This document shows positions 1 to 10,984 of a stretch of 64,000 bases of DNA, in pieces. The DNA lies in the NCBI GenBank assembly GCA_030295235.1, contig AP026145.1, forward strand, positions 496,001-560,000, written 5' to 3'. The position numbers and the translations under genes are program-made. The stretch's first letter is position 1, and each line of letters starts with the position of its first letter. The notes beneath the pieces are model-generated. The model did not search any database and was not told the DNA's origin. It worked only from the letters and a program-made list of their open reading frames with translations. The stretch comes from Fistulifera solaris. Taxonomy: Eukaryota.

Positions 1-889
1 CGACCAAAAAGGAGGAAGCAGGTTGCGATGGGACGCCGAATGCGTACGATTGATCCAACGTCAGATTGAATCGGTGACTCGACGGAAGCGGGTCCACCAA
101 CGACCAACCGTTCCCACAAAGGTGCGGGAATTTCAAGTCGGGGAGCATGAGCACACTCACTTGACCGTCCACGACCCAGCTCGAGTGCAAAGGAGCACCT
201 GCAATATACGTCGAGGGCTTTATCGCGACAGGACAGGATCCCAAAAGATAGTTTTTAGCCGCTTTGGTCTTTTCCAGCCACGATGCTCCGCTGCGGATCC
301 ATAATTTAATCACGGCCTGCGTCAAACCCGCCGGAACCACCAAAGGTATCACAAAACGCATTCCTTCTGCCGTACCTGTGACCGGATACGGAATCGATTC
401 GGTCATGCTGATGACTTGATCGTTGGCATCATAAAGACCAGCAGTGACCATGTCGGGATTTCTCCCCTTATCCGCGCGTATCGCCAAATTTGTCATTCCC
501 CGTTCCAACTTTTCGGTCGTTGATTTCGCCACCTTTTTCAAGAAGCCTTTGAATCCTTTTCTCGAATCGGAAGTGGTGGGAGTATCTATCTGCGGCGCGC
601 TTTCCTGACTTAGAAATTCAAAGGGATTCTCGGAACCGTCCGCAGAACCTGGTGACGGAGCCGGAGGAGGAGCCACTGTGGTCGACGACTCGGAGAACTT
701 GGATGTTTGACTGAGAATATATTCTACACCTCCTGGTAACCAGCAGTTGTTGTTGGTACGCACAAACAAAAACACCCTATTGGTGTTGTATTGTTTTTCC
801 AGGGTCGACATGGGCGAGTATGCCTTGTTTCCCGGCGCGGAGTCTACCGAGGAAGCCAATGACGCGGCGGATGGCGCTGCTGACATCAT
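1..889 (-). CDS. Hypothetical protein, 5' part (reading frame runs off the left window edge)
   Basis: Manual translation from ATG at 889 (MMSAAPSAASLASSVDSAPG...GFKGFLKKVAKSTTEKLERGMTNLAIRADKG...) stays open to position 1; absent from the ORF track because there is no stop inside the window. Confidence 0.75.
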   Translation of the reverse strand, partial: MMSAAPSAASLASSVDSAPGNKAYSPMSTLEKQYNTNRVFLFVRTNNNCWLPGGVEYILSQTSKFSESSTTVAPPPAPSPGSADGSENPFEFLSQESAPQIDTPTTSDSRKGFKGFLKKVAKSTTEKLERGMTNLAIRADKGRNPDMVTAGLYDANDQVISMTESIPYPVTGTAEGMRFVIPLVVPAGLTQAVIKLWIRSGASWLEKTKAAKNYLLGSCPVAIKPSTYIAGAPLHSSWVVDGQVSVLMLPDLKFPHLCGNGWSLVDPLPSSHRFNLTLDQSYAFGVPSQPASSFLV

Positions 890-1610
890 GATTTGAGAAA
901 TAGGGCTCTGAAATTAACGAGTAAAAGCAATGCCAACAAGATTCACGCAAATGCTGACAAAGGGACCTCGTGTATTTGCTGACACTAAACTTCCGTTAGG
1001 AATTGTCTAAAAGTAAGTTGAACAATTTCTAACTCCCAAAAGTGAGCTAAACTAGCGTAAATACTATTTCGGAAACGATACAGATAACAATACAAAAAGG
1101 AACGATCGGCACTTCCTCTCCTTTGCCATCAATGTGAAAGAGGCGAGGAACGGCGAAAGGCGCAAAGCGCCGCAATAAATAGACGAGGATGGATGACGTC
1201 GCTGCGTTTCAGTTTCAGAGCGCAGTCCGTTGAAATGCCGGTACGACAAGGAGTATATGATGTGAAAATTTTTATTTATTGTCTACCAGAAGGTGACGTA
1301 ACAGAAAAACTGATTCTATTCCATTGTTAAAGACTGCCTCTTAGGTGCGTCCAAAGTTCTATGCCATAAGGTCTCTCTAGTTCAGAGCCATTCTCTTGTC
1401 AAAAAATGCTAGACTGCATGTCCTATTCATATCTTGTTCCATAAGTCAGAAAGATCGTGTGACAACAGTTGCTGAGTATGTCTCGTTGAATTAGCCGTCA
1501 TAGGATTTACATTGTCGCTTCCTTGTGAGGAAATGAATCATCAAACTTAGAGTAGGCCTACTTGCCCGAGTACCACATTGCGTGCCTCAGAGTTTCGCCT
1601 AGTAAACAAC

Positions 1611-2600
1611 TTATTCCGTCTTATGAAGCTGAGCCACAAATTGGATAAGAGTACGCCCGTGGTCGCTGTCTGTCACCACTCGGTCACAGCGAATCTTCCA
1701 AGCTGTCCCCTCCACCATATCGCGGAGCTCGTATCGTTCCAAGACTTGCTTACTGTTCGGATGAATATGGGGCCAATCGGAATCGGGAGTCGCTTTTCCA
1801 AAGTGACTAATTGCCACAATAGTCCCGTTTTGTATCAGGGGAGCCGCATCCAAAATACACCGAAACAGAGCCTTGTTCCAGAAGCGAACCGCATAAAAAC
1901 AGCCGACTTTGTCCCATGACTCCTGCAAAATATTTCGAAATTCACTGATTGGATCCAAACGAACCGCACGACAACGAGTCCACTGCGACACTTGTCGCCG
2001 CTGACAAAATTCCAAAAATGGTTGAGATTGTTTGAGGTATCGTTGATCTATGGCTACAATGGTACGATCTCGTAACGTCTCGGCCAAGAACACGACATCG
2101 CGTCCCACACCGGCTCCGAGATCCCACACTTCGAGAGAAGCGGAAGTTTCTTTCAATAAAGGAAGAAGAACGCTCTCGACCATACTGTCAGGATCCCATA
2201 ATCGCGGTAAAATCTCTGGTGCAGAGCAGGCTTTCTGGTCCAGATCTCCATGAATAATACCCTCAATGATCCAGGGTTTCTGTTTCCGTGCCGGCCCCTG
2301 CAGGAGACTCAGCACATCCAATGAATTGGTAGATTCATCATCGACCCACAAGAAAAGAGGGACTTGACGGGGCGGTAATTCGAACAGTCGATTTGGGAGT
2401 TCGTGCGGAGGAATGTGCACGGCAAACGACGTCCGTGTCGGATGGAGTCGAATGTCGAGTACTTTGCTCCTCGTTCGTTGCGGATACCAGTCCTCGAACG
2501 AAATGCTTTTGGGCATATCAGTCATCTTTTGTTTCTTTGTTGTTGCGTCATGAGTGTTGTGATCTTCGTCAACAGGTAGTGTTCGGCTTTGTCTTTCCAT
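1611..2600 (-). CDS. SAM-dependent methyltransferase with a probable N-terminal rhodanese-like domain
   Basis: 329-aa ORF; class I MTase motif I VWDLGAGVGRDVVFLA followed by IVAIDQR; N-terminal VLDIR...AVHIP..EL..RLFELP resembles a rhodanese fold. Confidence 0.75.
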   Translation of the reverse strand: MERQSRTLPVDEDHNTHDATTKKQKMTDMPKSISFEDWYPQRTRSKVLDIRLHPTRTSFAVHIPPHELPNRLFELPPRQVPLFLWVDDESTNSLDVLSLLQGPARKQKPWIIEGIIHGDLDQKACSAPEILPRLWDPDSMVESVLLPLLKETSASLEVWDLGAGVGRDVVFLAETLRDRTIVAIDQRYLKQSQPFLEFCQRRQVSQWTRCRAVRLDPISEFRNILQESWDKVGCFYAVRFWNKALFRCILDAAPLIQNGTIVAISHFGKATPDSDWPHIHPNSKQVLERYELRDMVEGTAWKIRCDRVVTDSDHGRTLIQFVAQLHKTE

Positions 2601-2747
2601 GGCGGTGCGGCAATGTAGTCTAATAAAACGAATAAGAGCGTCGTTTTACCAGGAAGTTGCGAAAAAATTACCAGATTTTCCGTCTGACCCAAAACAATAA
2701 AGACAACTGACTGTATCTACTATGGTCCAAGGTGTACCTCAACTTAT

Positions 2748-3363
2748 CCACGACTGCAATTCAGTCATGAATAAAATTTTTCGAGCCACAATGCTGCCTA
2801 GGACTACAATTTTTTTTGATGAAGTATGGTTTCACTAATATTTATTCCGAATTTCCTAGAGTCAGAATGCAATTTTGACATTCGACTGATTCTTTTCTTT
2901 CTTCCAGAAAAACTTCGATTTCTGAATCACTGTACCACAGTGCGGATGCTGCCTACAATTCGTTTTTCACCAAATTTGCTTGAACTCCATTTGTCGCTGT
3001 TGCGATCAAATAGTCTTTTAGCAGTGTTTGCATTACACCCTGGTTATTTCTACGTCGAAATGCCTGCGAAACGTTGTATGCCGTATTTTAGACCCAAAGT
3101 GTTGTCCGTATTTCGCCACGTTCAGTCATGAATAAGTATTTGTTCGAGCGAAAACGTTTTTAGTAGAGACTAAATTTCGTTGTTTGTCAATTTATCTTGG
3201 GCTCCATTTGCCGTTGTTGCAATAAAAAGTCGTTTAGCAGCATTGGCATTACTTGCCTTTACGTTTTTCCGTCAAAGAGCCTGGCCAAGTGTTGCCGTCC
3301 GTATTTACTATAACCCCAAAGTGTTAGTTCAGGGAGACCACGACTGCATTTCAGTCATGAGTC
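2748..3363 (+). repeat. Degenerate ~220-230-bp tandem repeat marked by the dyad CCACGACTG-N5-CAGTCATGA
   Basis: Dyad at 2748-2770 and 3338-3360, partial copy at 3116-3131; internal similarity between 2979-3036 and 3197-3252 (ctccatttg.cg.tgttgc.at.aaa.agtc.tttagcag). Confidence 0.75.
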
Positions 3364-3394
3364 ATTTTTGTCCACAAGTAGTCCACAAGTCTAT

Positions 3395-3625
3395 CCCCCA
3401 GAATTTCTGTTGACTTGAAAACCTACACGCAAGACCTTGCCCATGCCCATGCCCCCCCCCAGAATTTCTCTGTACGTGAAAACACCCATCACCCAGATTT
3501 CCTGTGCTCGCGAAATCACCACTCCCCCAGATTTTCTGTGGAAGTGAAAACCCACTCGCCCAAATTTTCTGTGCAAGCGAAAACCCACCCCCACAAATTT
3601 TCTGTGGACGTGAAAAGACCACACG
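3395..3625 (+). repeat. Minisatellite, about 6 units of ~33-35 bp (cccagaWtttctgtg...gtgaaaac)
   Basis: Repeated ccccagaatttctg / cccagattttctgtg cores; related to the array at 33.15-33.61 kb. Confidence 0.85.
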
Positions 3626-3798
3626 CGCTGATGGTTTTCTGTGTTGGTTTCCAGAGGAGCAGCAACGACATGAGACGTGGTCAAACTTGCCATCATTTGC
3701 CGTTTTATTTATCTGCTATTTGCTATCCTTCCTCTTCCATACATCAATACAAGCTGTCAGCGACCTAAAAGTATACGGAGAGAAATCATCGAAGAAGC

Positions 3799-4158
3799 AT
3801 GCAATTTACACGAACTTTTGCGTTGCTTTTACTCTGGGAAGAGACGCTTGCTTTCCTCTTTAATCCACCAACACACAAGCCACAGGCTTCCATGCATACA
3901 CCATGCCTTGTGCACGATCCGATCGCCTATTCCAAGTTGCAGATAGCACACAGTGGCAGGAAAGATCCCGTCGATGAGACGACAGAAACCAAAATGAGCG
4001 TCTGGGAAAGTATGAAGGAGCGTCCGGCAACGATGATGGCTTTGCCGTTCGTATTCCTCGTCAGTCTAGATTTACTACTCAACATCACCTTTCTCGTCAA
4101 ACGAACCATCGAATACGTGGTCTTTGGAAAAATACCCAGCAGTGAAACCTGGTTTTAA
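3799..4158 (+). CDS. Small putative plastid-targeted single-TM protein
   Basis: 119 aa; signal peptide ending ..TLA-F (ASAFAP-like), transit-like region, C-terminal hydrophobic helix ALPFVFLVSLDLLLNITFLV. Confidence 0.65.
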   Translation: MQFTRTFALLLLWEETLAFLFNPPTHKPQASMHTPCLVHDPIAYSKLQIAHSGRKDPVDETTETKMSVWESMKERPATMMALPFVFLVSLDLLLNITFLVKRTIEYVVFGKIPSSETWF

Positions 4159-4262
4159 TGACGGAAAAGGAAATTCGACAACATGAGTTTTATCCACTTA
4201 ACGAATCAACTAAAATGTCTCGACAAAAAATGAAACCAGCAAAATTCTATCTCGCGTTCGAT

Positions 4263-5099
4263 CTAAGCGATGGACTCTTTGACTGTATGATAAGGCCACT
4301 GTGTATCGCTCCGCTCTTCTTCTGGAATTTGCTGCCTTGCTTCTTCGATGCTCAAGCCGAGAACATCTATCATTCGACGTCCATTTGCAATATAATTGTC
4401 AATATTCTCCGGATCCGCTGACCAGCGCAAGCTTTCGCGAGTGAACAAGGGTGACTGAGTCTCGTACACACCAATATAATGACCAATGAAACGGACATAA
4501 TAGTCGGCAAAGCTGGGCGACTGTACGAATACGCCCGATTCCCGCATCGCCCAAAAATGCAGCCGCATCCATACACGGCACTCGTCCAACTGAAAAGCGC
4601 GCTCACGGTACTCTTTGGGTCGTTTGAGGCTTCCGCGGGCAGCAATATGCGCCGACGCAAGATCAAACACGACATGCTGGTCATTGGAAGAAATGGGGAA
4701 CGGTGTCTTGTCGCGTAGTCGACAATCTTCATCCCACAGGCAAGATCCGGTCAACTGTTGATAAATCCATTTGGCGAAGCGCAGTCCATGTGGTTCCGAA
4801 TGAGAATGAATGAAAGAGTCGAGCGTCGCATCCAAAAAGGCCTTTTGGTAGAACAAATCCGTCATACGCTGCAAATCGCTCAAGCCAACTTCACACTCGA
4901 TCAAACGCTTGGATCCCGATGAAGAAACGAGTTTGTCTCCATCCATTTGGATAGGCACGAAAGAGACGGGACATTTCAGTAAATGTGAGGCTTTTACCTT
5001 GTTCAAACTCGTTTCACCGATGCGCATCCTGGTTTGTGCAGGCAAATCGTCGTCGTCCGGATCCGCCTTGCGCCGATTGCTCTCTGCATGTGGGCTCAT
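4263..5099 (-). CDS. Truncated (2/2) haemoglobin-like protein
   Basis: 278 aa; LQRMTDLFYQK (B9-B10 FY), H..RFAKWI...LTG, SAH (candidate proximal His) and RVWMRLH (G8 Trp) pattern. Confidence 0.6.
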   Translation of the reverse strand: MSPHAESNRRKADPDDDDLPAQTRMRIGETSLNKVKASHLLKCPVSFVPIQMDGDKLVSSSGSKRLIECEVGLSDLQRMTDLFYQKAFLDATLDSFIHSHSEPHGLRFAKWIYQQLTGSCLWDEDCRLRDKTPFPISSNDQHVVFDLASAHIAARGSLKRPKEYRERAFQLDECRVWMRLHFWAMRESGVFVQSPSFADYYVRFIGHYIGVYETQSPLFTRESLRWSADPENIDNYIANGRRMIDVLGLSIEEARQQIPEEERSDTQWPYHTVKESIA

Positions 5100-6184
5100 A
5101 ACTGAGAGTAGATGTACAACCGTTTGTGTTTGGCGCTCTCGATTTTATTTTTGGTCTAATTGTTTCTCGTTCTCCTCAAACCAGAAAGTTTATGATGTTT
5201 TGTTTTGGCGGGGAGGCTAATCAACTCTGACTTATGGCCTTACTCAAAGGAAGTAGCAGGCCCTTTTAGGCCTCATTCTCAATCGACGACAAAATCATTT
5301 CCAAAACCAACCAGGTCTAGCTTCTATACCCAGTAACAGACTTGTCTGCTTTGTAAAGTTCAGCCCGTTTGGTTGCGGGTTGAAAGAGAGAATTGCAGGC
5401 TTCTTTTTTTTAGACCTAGAGGTGCCGTGGAATGAAATCCATTCAATTCTTGTCTAATTGGGAATTTTCGCGTCCAGTGGTAAGCCGAACAGTAGCTATC
5501 ATTGTTATTTGGTTGGTTTAGTCGCTATAGTTTCGAAGAGATGTCATCCTTAGGACCTCCTTGATCCCTTGACACAAGGTTGACAAACAATTTGAATGGA
5601 ATTGACTACGGATCGGGTTAAGGTCATTACGATTATTATTGCCTAGATAATCTTTCAGTCTTTTTGTATGGACATCGGACTTTAAAGTACATACATAGTA
5701 ATCTACTGTAAACTGTAAAGTGGTTTGGCGTTTGGCCCACGGTTTTTCATGACTAAATTCTACGTTCAATACTCCAGGGGGTAGGGCCCAATAAAGATCA
5801 TTCTCACAATGTGAGTGGTAGTGGATTTCCCCTGTTCGGCCCTCCTTATAAAGAAAACGTCATTACTATAGTTTCCCCTGTACCGCGAACCGTGTCTAAT
5901 TCCAAATGTCTGTCTGATTCATGAGCATCTAAGGAAGAACTGTAGGCTACAAAGTACAAAAGTGTTTTCTCGTTCATCGTCTCCGCGGCGGAGTTTTGAG
6001 CGCTGCAATAATGATGGAGACGATCATGAAAAGCTCGTAATTTTCGCAACAAAAGGGTGACTCAACACGACGACACAAGACATTAGCGAGGCGCTTCAAT
6101 TCCAAGCTTCTCCATTGCAATTGAATTCATTATCTTTCATCAAGAGATCAAGTTACAGGCCCTCGAAGTTCATGCTGAGACGAC

Positions 6185-7192
6185 ATGTCGCCGCACGAAA
6201 ACAGAATGGAACCATCTAACGACTTGCTGCACGAGGACTTACCTCCAGTCGGTCCGAGTCACAGCATCGCTATACAATTTACCGAGACTCGATGCGAATC
6301 GACCGATATCGAAACAAGTAAGAAACATACTATTTCTTATCAAGGATCAAAGGGTCCCGCATCATCGTCTCGTAAATCACACGATACCCACACGCATCGC
6401 CGCTCGGAGGCTAGAGGTGCAAATCGAGGCAGTACAGTGATACAACGCGATATTATCCCCACTAAATCCAATCGCGACCTTATGAGACAGATATCGGGTT
6501 TAGGGATGATCGATCCTGTTTACGGCACCCGGGAAGCATCTCCGTTGCATCAATCAATTATATTTGATGACATGAGTTTAGGTGACATTCCGGATGATTT
6601 CAAAGACGCCGTTTCTGTAGCATCCGACCGTACAGCCACGGACGGAAATGGGTTTGACTCAACGTTTTTCACGGCTTCACTGCTATTTAGTGCCGACGAT
6701 CTTCCATCTCTGGATGGGTCTTCTGTATCCAAAAATACCAAGAAAACTAACTGGAAGGTGCACTCTTCTGACGCGGTTGATTTCGATTCCTTGTTGTCAG
6801 GAAATGGAAGGTCATCGCCGGTTAAGTTTTCCATGTCGAAAACTAAAGACGCCAAACCACCACTTCCCGATCATCAATTCCATGTCAATAGGTCGAAACC
6901 ACAAGAAATTGCCGTAAAGCCCATTTCATCCAAAGAAGCCCACCGGGAAATCCCAGCCAGCGCTGACTTCTTCTTTTCAAAACAGACCTTGCATAACAAT
7001 TCATCTCAAGTGCCGCTCCCCACTTCACCTCGCAAATCCTCGATCAGTCATAAACCAAGAATGTCCCCACGCAAATTGCCATCAATAGCTCAGATATTTC
7101 CCGGGGGACGTCCACCACGCCGCGCAACGGAAGCCAACTCTACAGATCCTCGGAGAAATACTTCAAGCTCGCTATCTGCTCCCAAATTATAA
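6185..7192 (+). CDS. Hypothetical Ser/Pro-rich, largely disordered protein
   Basis: 335-aa intact ORF; no recognisable domain. Confidence 0.7.
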   Translation: MSPHENRMEPSNDLLHEDLPPVGPSHSIAIQFTETRCESTDIETSKKHTISYQGSKGPASSSRKSHDTHTHRRSEARGANRGSTVIQRDIIPTKSNRDLMRQISGLGMIDPVYGTREASPLHQSIIFDDMSLGDIPDDFKDAVSVASDRTATDGNGFDSTFFTASLLFSADDLPSLDGSSVSKNTKKTNWKVHSSDAVDFDSLLSGNGRSSPVKFSMSKTKDAKPPLPDHQFHVNRSKPQEIAVKPISSKEAHREIPASADFFFSKQTLHNNSSQVPLPTSPRKSSISHKPRMSPRKLPSIAQIFPGGRPPRRATEANSTDPRRNTSSSLSAPKL

Positions 7193-7707
7193 CTCATAGG
7201 TAGAGAGATAACGCCATTTAGGTACTGTTAAACACAACTAACATATCAGTCGTTGGGCGATCAATGTGTACGCTTTAGCTACTACCAACAAAACGATTGA
7301 ACTTTCCAGTCATAGTCATATATTATCAGACGATACTTTCAAACCATGGACGGCGACTTGGCCGTTTAGTTTGAATTGTATTGAGATATTTGGTGAAAAC
7401 GACTGGATTCCAGTCCCGCCACTTATCGAGAGCTTTCATCTCAAACATACCGTGCACCCAAGACATACTTGAAAAGCATTCTTAGAACGATATTGTAGAC
7501 GACATAGTGCCTCACATATTTTTCCGGTTAAAATGTTGCTGTTGACTTGAGTTCCATTTGCTGGCCTCTTCTCGACTCAGCACGGGTACTGTAGTTCCCA
7601 TGGCTCACATTAATTTGTCTCGTCAAAACATTGCGAACATTCAACTGAAAATAATGTACCCGTAAGCACTCTTTCGACCTAAAGAAAGCCCGCTAGCCAT
7701 TAGTGTT

Positions 7708-8245
7708 CAAAATACGCGAAAAATGGTGTGATCGAAGTTACACCAAATCCGGGTTCCCCTCTGTCGATAAGTTTCCATACGAGAGCTACGTGGGATTACG
7801 TAGACATTTAAAGCGTTGCATAATCCGTTCCAACAACGCTTTGTTTTCATGTCGAAGGCTGTTATTGCTTCCTGAGAAAAAGTAAAAATGGTGCGCAAGG
7901 AGATGATCACAATTGTCCACTGTAGATGCATGAATTGGATGATAGCGAATTGCTCAATATCCGGGTACCCCTGCAGAGATAAATTTCCTACGGCGGCTAC
8001 GTGAAATACGCGTAGACACTGGAATCGCTGTATCTTTCTACTGTTACATGTTGCACCGTCAAATAAATAAAATTTGAATATTGTTTTTGGCACGAAGAAG
8101 CAATGTTGGGCAAAGTAGGGGTCTATCGGTGACATTTGGTGTCCAAAAGAAGCGAAAAAAGGTGTGATCGAAATTGTAGAAAATCCGGGTTCCCCTCTGT
8201 CGATAAATTTCCCTACGAGAGTTACGTGGGATTACGTAGACATTC
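7708..8245 (+). repeat. Degenerate tandem repeat, period ~212-224 bp, 3 cores
   Basis: Core atccgggtWcccct...gataaRtttcc.tacg...tacgtg..at.acgtagaca at ~7747, ~7959 and ~8183; copies 1 and 3 are the most similar. Confidence 0.85.
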
Positions 8246-8582
8246 GATGCGTCGCATTTTTCATGTGTTTGACGTGTTGCCGTCAACCTCCATCCACGGA
8301 AGTGATTGCGTTGATAGCCAAAGGATAGATCTAATGTCTTTCGCCTCAGATCATCATTTGCGTCAGCGACCATTCATGTAAGGTTTATCGGGCATTTCGT
8401 GACTGTACTTTCAGTCCTGCAAAGTCATTCATTATCTCATAAAAAGTAGACGACTTTTTTCCCTCTTGCGCCACCGCCACCGATTTTCAACACGGAGCAT
8501 GTGAACGCGGCGCTCGGAAAATGAACAACAAGTAATTAATGTAGTGACTATTGACGTCTTTCATTTGATAATTGCTTCCAGT

Positions 8583-9245
8583 ATGCCTCCGACAAAGAGA
8601 AAAGCAGCCAAGGAAAAGCATGCGCTGGAAGAGTGGGCTGCTTTGCTCGCGAAAAAGACAGCCGAGCCATCCTTCAGCGCGAAAGAAGAACGAGTGGCGA
8701 AGCGGGTCGCCAAGAAACGCCGTCGTGAAGAACGTTTATCTTCTCATGGCCACAAATTACAGCAAGATGTTGTTCGAAAGTCAGAAGCGACATACCCTGG
8801 ATTGGACGATGCAAAGGTTTTATTGAAATTGATCAGCAAAACAATTACACATTGCATCAGCGCAGAAGATGCACCAAACCGGCGGCCGCTTTTTACGTTT
8901 ACTTCCACTACAAAAGCCCGGAATGTCAAGAAAAGCTGGCAAGAAGAAACAATTCAACCAAGAAAGAAGGATTACGGAGGGATAGGTTTGGCTCGCCCGA
9001 GTTTGTACATCGATTTTAATGATCCGTCGTTGATTCCAAAGCTTGAAAGTGAATTTGCGGAACACATTCCCGGATTTTTCGGCAAGCAACGAACAAAGGC
9101 AATGAAGAAGCAGTTGGGCGGAAAGATGCTTTGGCGTAAACTATCCGACAGCAAGACGAAGGAAAAGATTGTGAACGGGAAACGATTGAAAGATATGAGT
9201 CCCGACGAGAGGGTTGAAGCGATGCTAAAGATTGGAATGCTATAG
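8583..9245 (+). CDS. Hypothetical basic, probably nucleolar or nuclear protein
   Basis: K/R-rich ORF from MPPTKRK; conserved-looking block DYGGIGLARPSLYI...F.EHIPGFFGK. Confidence 0.75.
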   Translation: MPPTKRKAAKEKHALEEWAALLAKKTAEPSFSAKEERVAKRVAKKRRREERLSSHGHKLQQDVVRKSEATYPGLDDAKVLLKLISKTITHCISAEDAPNRRPLFTFTSTTKARNVKKSWQEETIQPRKKDYGGIGLARPSLYIDFNDPSLIPKLESEFAEHIPGFFGKQRTKAMKKQLGGKMLWRKLSDSKTKEKIVNGKRLKDMSPDERVEAMLKIGML

Positions 9246-9540
9246 AATGACGGCGCAACAAGAGCGGAAAACGGCATGAAATGTGGATCATTGCGGTATC
9301 TCGAAAGTTCTACCTTTACCTTGACATTCATGCGCTGCCTATTGCCTTGAGGACGTCCTCTAGGCTCCTAGTCGCTTTGAGACGAAAATTTTACGAAAAC
9401 CATGCATTTTTCTTACGGGTCCTAAACTACTAATGGAGCAAGCAGCAATCTGCGACACTTTCTTCTCTTTGCTCTCAAATTTTGATTGGTGCTATCTTGA
9501 AAGAAGGCACAATTAACCTTCGTTTCCGTGTTCGGTCTCA

Positions 9541-10984
9541 TTACTTGCCGCACTTGAAGGTATCAACCTTCGGGTTCCACGTGCTGGGGCACGTGAACTT
9601 TTGCAAATCACGAAGGCGACGACCTCCCGCTCCTTTGTTGCTCGGATTCGTCACACAAACGGTGCATTTAAACTCTGCACAACCGTTGGAGTCGCACACT
9701 GTATTCGTCCAAGCAATATGGTCTCCAACGCCACCACTGTCCGCGACACTGAAATTTGCCGGGTGGTTTTCAAAACCGACTTGGCACGAACCACCAGCAA
9801 GCTTGTCGACAGTTTTGGCCGCCCCATTGCAAAACGAGCAACTCGGACTGCCAACGGTCAAGTCAGCCGGGCATCCATTGGTCTTGATGTAAGAAGGAAA
9901 GAAGTTAAGTGGTGCATTAGGTGGTGCAATGACGCCAGGTCCACCGCAATCCAAGTTGTCGGAAGAGATGGATTCGTCGTCGACAACGGTAATGGTTGCC
10001 TCGCAAGAACTCGCGGCACCAGAGTCGTCTGTAACCGTGAGTACAACTGTGGTGTCGCCAAAAGGATAAGGGCCGTAGTTGTCCAACACAGCACTGGCAA
10101 TAGAACCGTCTGGATCGTAGGAGTCATTGTCGATCGCAGCGATAAGAGCACTCTGGTCGGGCGGGCTGTGCTCACAAAGACTGATGGCACTGACTTCAAT
10201 GTTTTGGCATTGAGCGACGGGTGCGACATTGTTTGGGACGCAACTGAAAGAGCCTCCTTCGATCAAAACCCAAGAGTCCAAAACTCGATCTCCAGCATCG
10301 GCCACAGCGAGTTTGATTGTATTGGTGCCAGACGTAGGGATACCTTGGGCAGTCAATTTTGTCGTCAAGCCATCCGCTTCAATGTTGAAAGTACCCCCAG
10401 AATTATTATTGAAATAGACTGAGTTGGTATTTTGGTTCACGCTGTTGATGGAGACAGGGGTAACATTGTCGGGAAGAAGAGCGATGTTGATACCGTTAAG
10501 GAAGAAGCCAAATACGTCATTGAACTCGCGTCCAACGAATTCCAAGTACTCTTCCGACCCAAAGACATAATCAAAAGTGAGATCAAAAGTGGCCACCTCT
10601 CCTTCACCGCACTGGAAATCAGAATTGGAGGACGCAAGCGTCAAGGGTTGAGAATCCTGGAATAAGCGAATCTAAATTCGAGTCTCCGGGACGGTTAAAG
10701 TTAGTTTGTGTGTTGCCGAAATTGTTCGGCCCGGCAATGTCAACGACATTACCAGAGCTGAGAATCACTCCCGAGTCCGGCAAGGTCAAGCCCGAAACAC
10801 TCGAGCCACCTGTGAAGAATCCTGCACAACCTGGCGCCCCAATCAGTTGTGCGTTCGACAATGTTGCACCACCGGACGTGGATAACAAATTAGCGGCCAA
10901 TGCAGCTGCGTTGCTGTTGACAGTGGCAGTAATCGCTGCAGATGCTGCCGACAAGAAGCTTGAAAGGATGATGTAGCCCAACAT
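9541..10984 (-). CDS. Secreted choice-of-anchor L domain protein with an HYR/PKD-like Ig module and Cys-rich tail (one frameshift near 10620)
   Basis: Signal peptide MLGYIILSSFLSAASA; motifs SGVILSSG, GDSNL, DACVLQF/DF, FDYVFGSEEYLEFV, FNDVFGFFLNG.NIALLP, DGLT..LTA, IKLAVADAGD..LDSWVLI; then PVAQCQNI..SYDPDG..TVVLTVTDDSG. The two ORFs join by removing one T in CAATTCTGATTTC. Confidence 0.8.

Noticed and set aside
9601..10422. Long antisense ORF (273 aa), and similar ones such as 26542-27261
   Set aside because: These are shadows of well-supported genes on the opposite strand.
10617..10625. Selenocysteine or readthrough TGA in the choice-of-anchor L gene
   Set aside because: The domain continues in a different frame; a one-base indel explains it.
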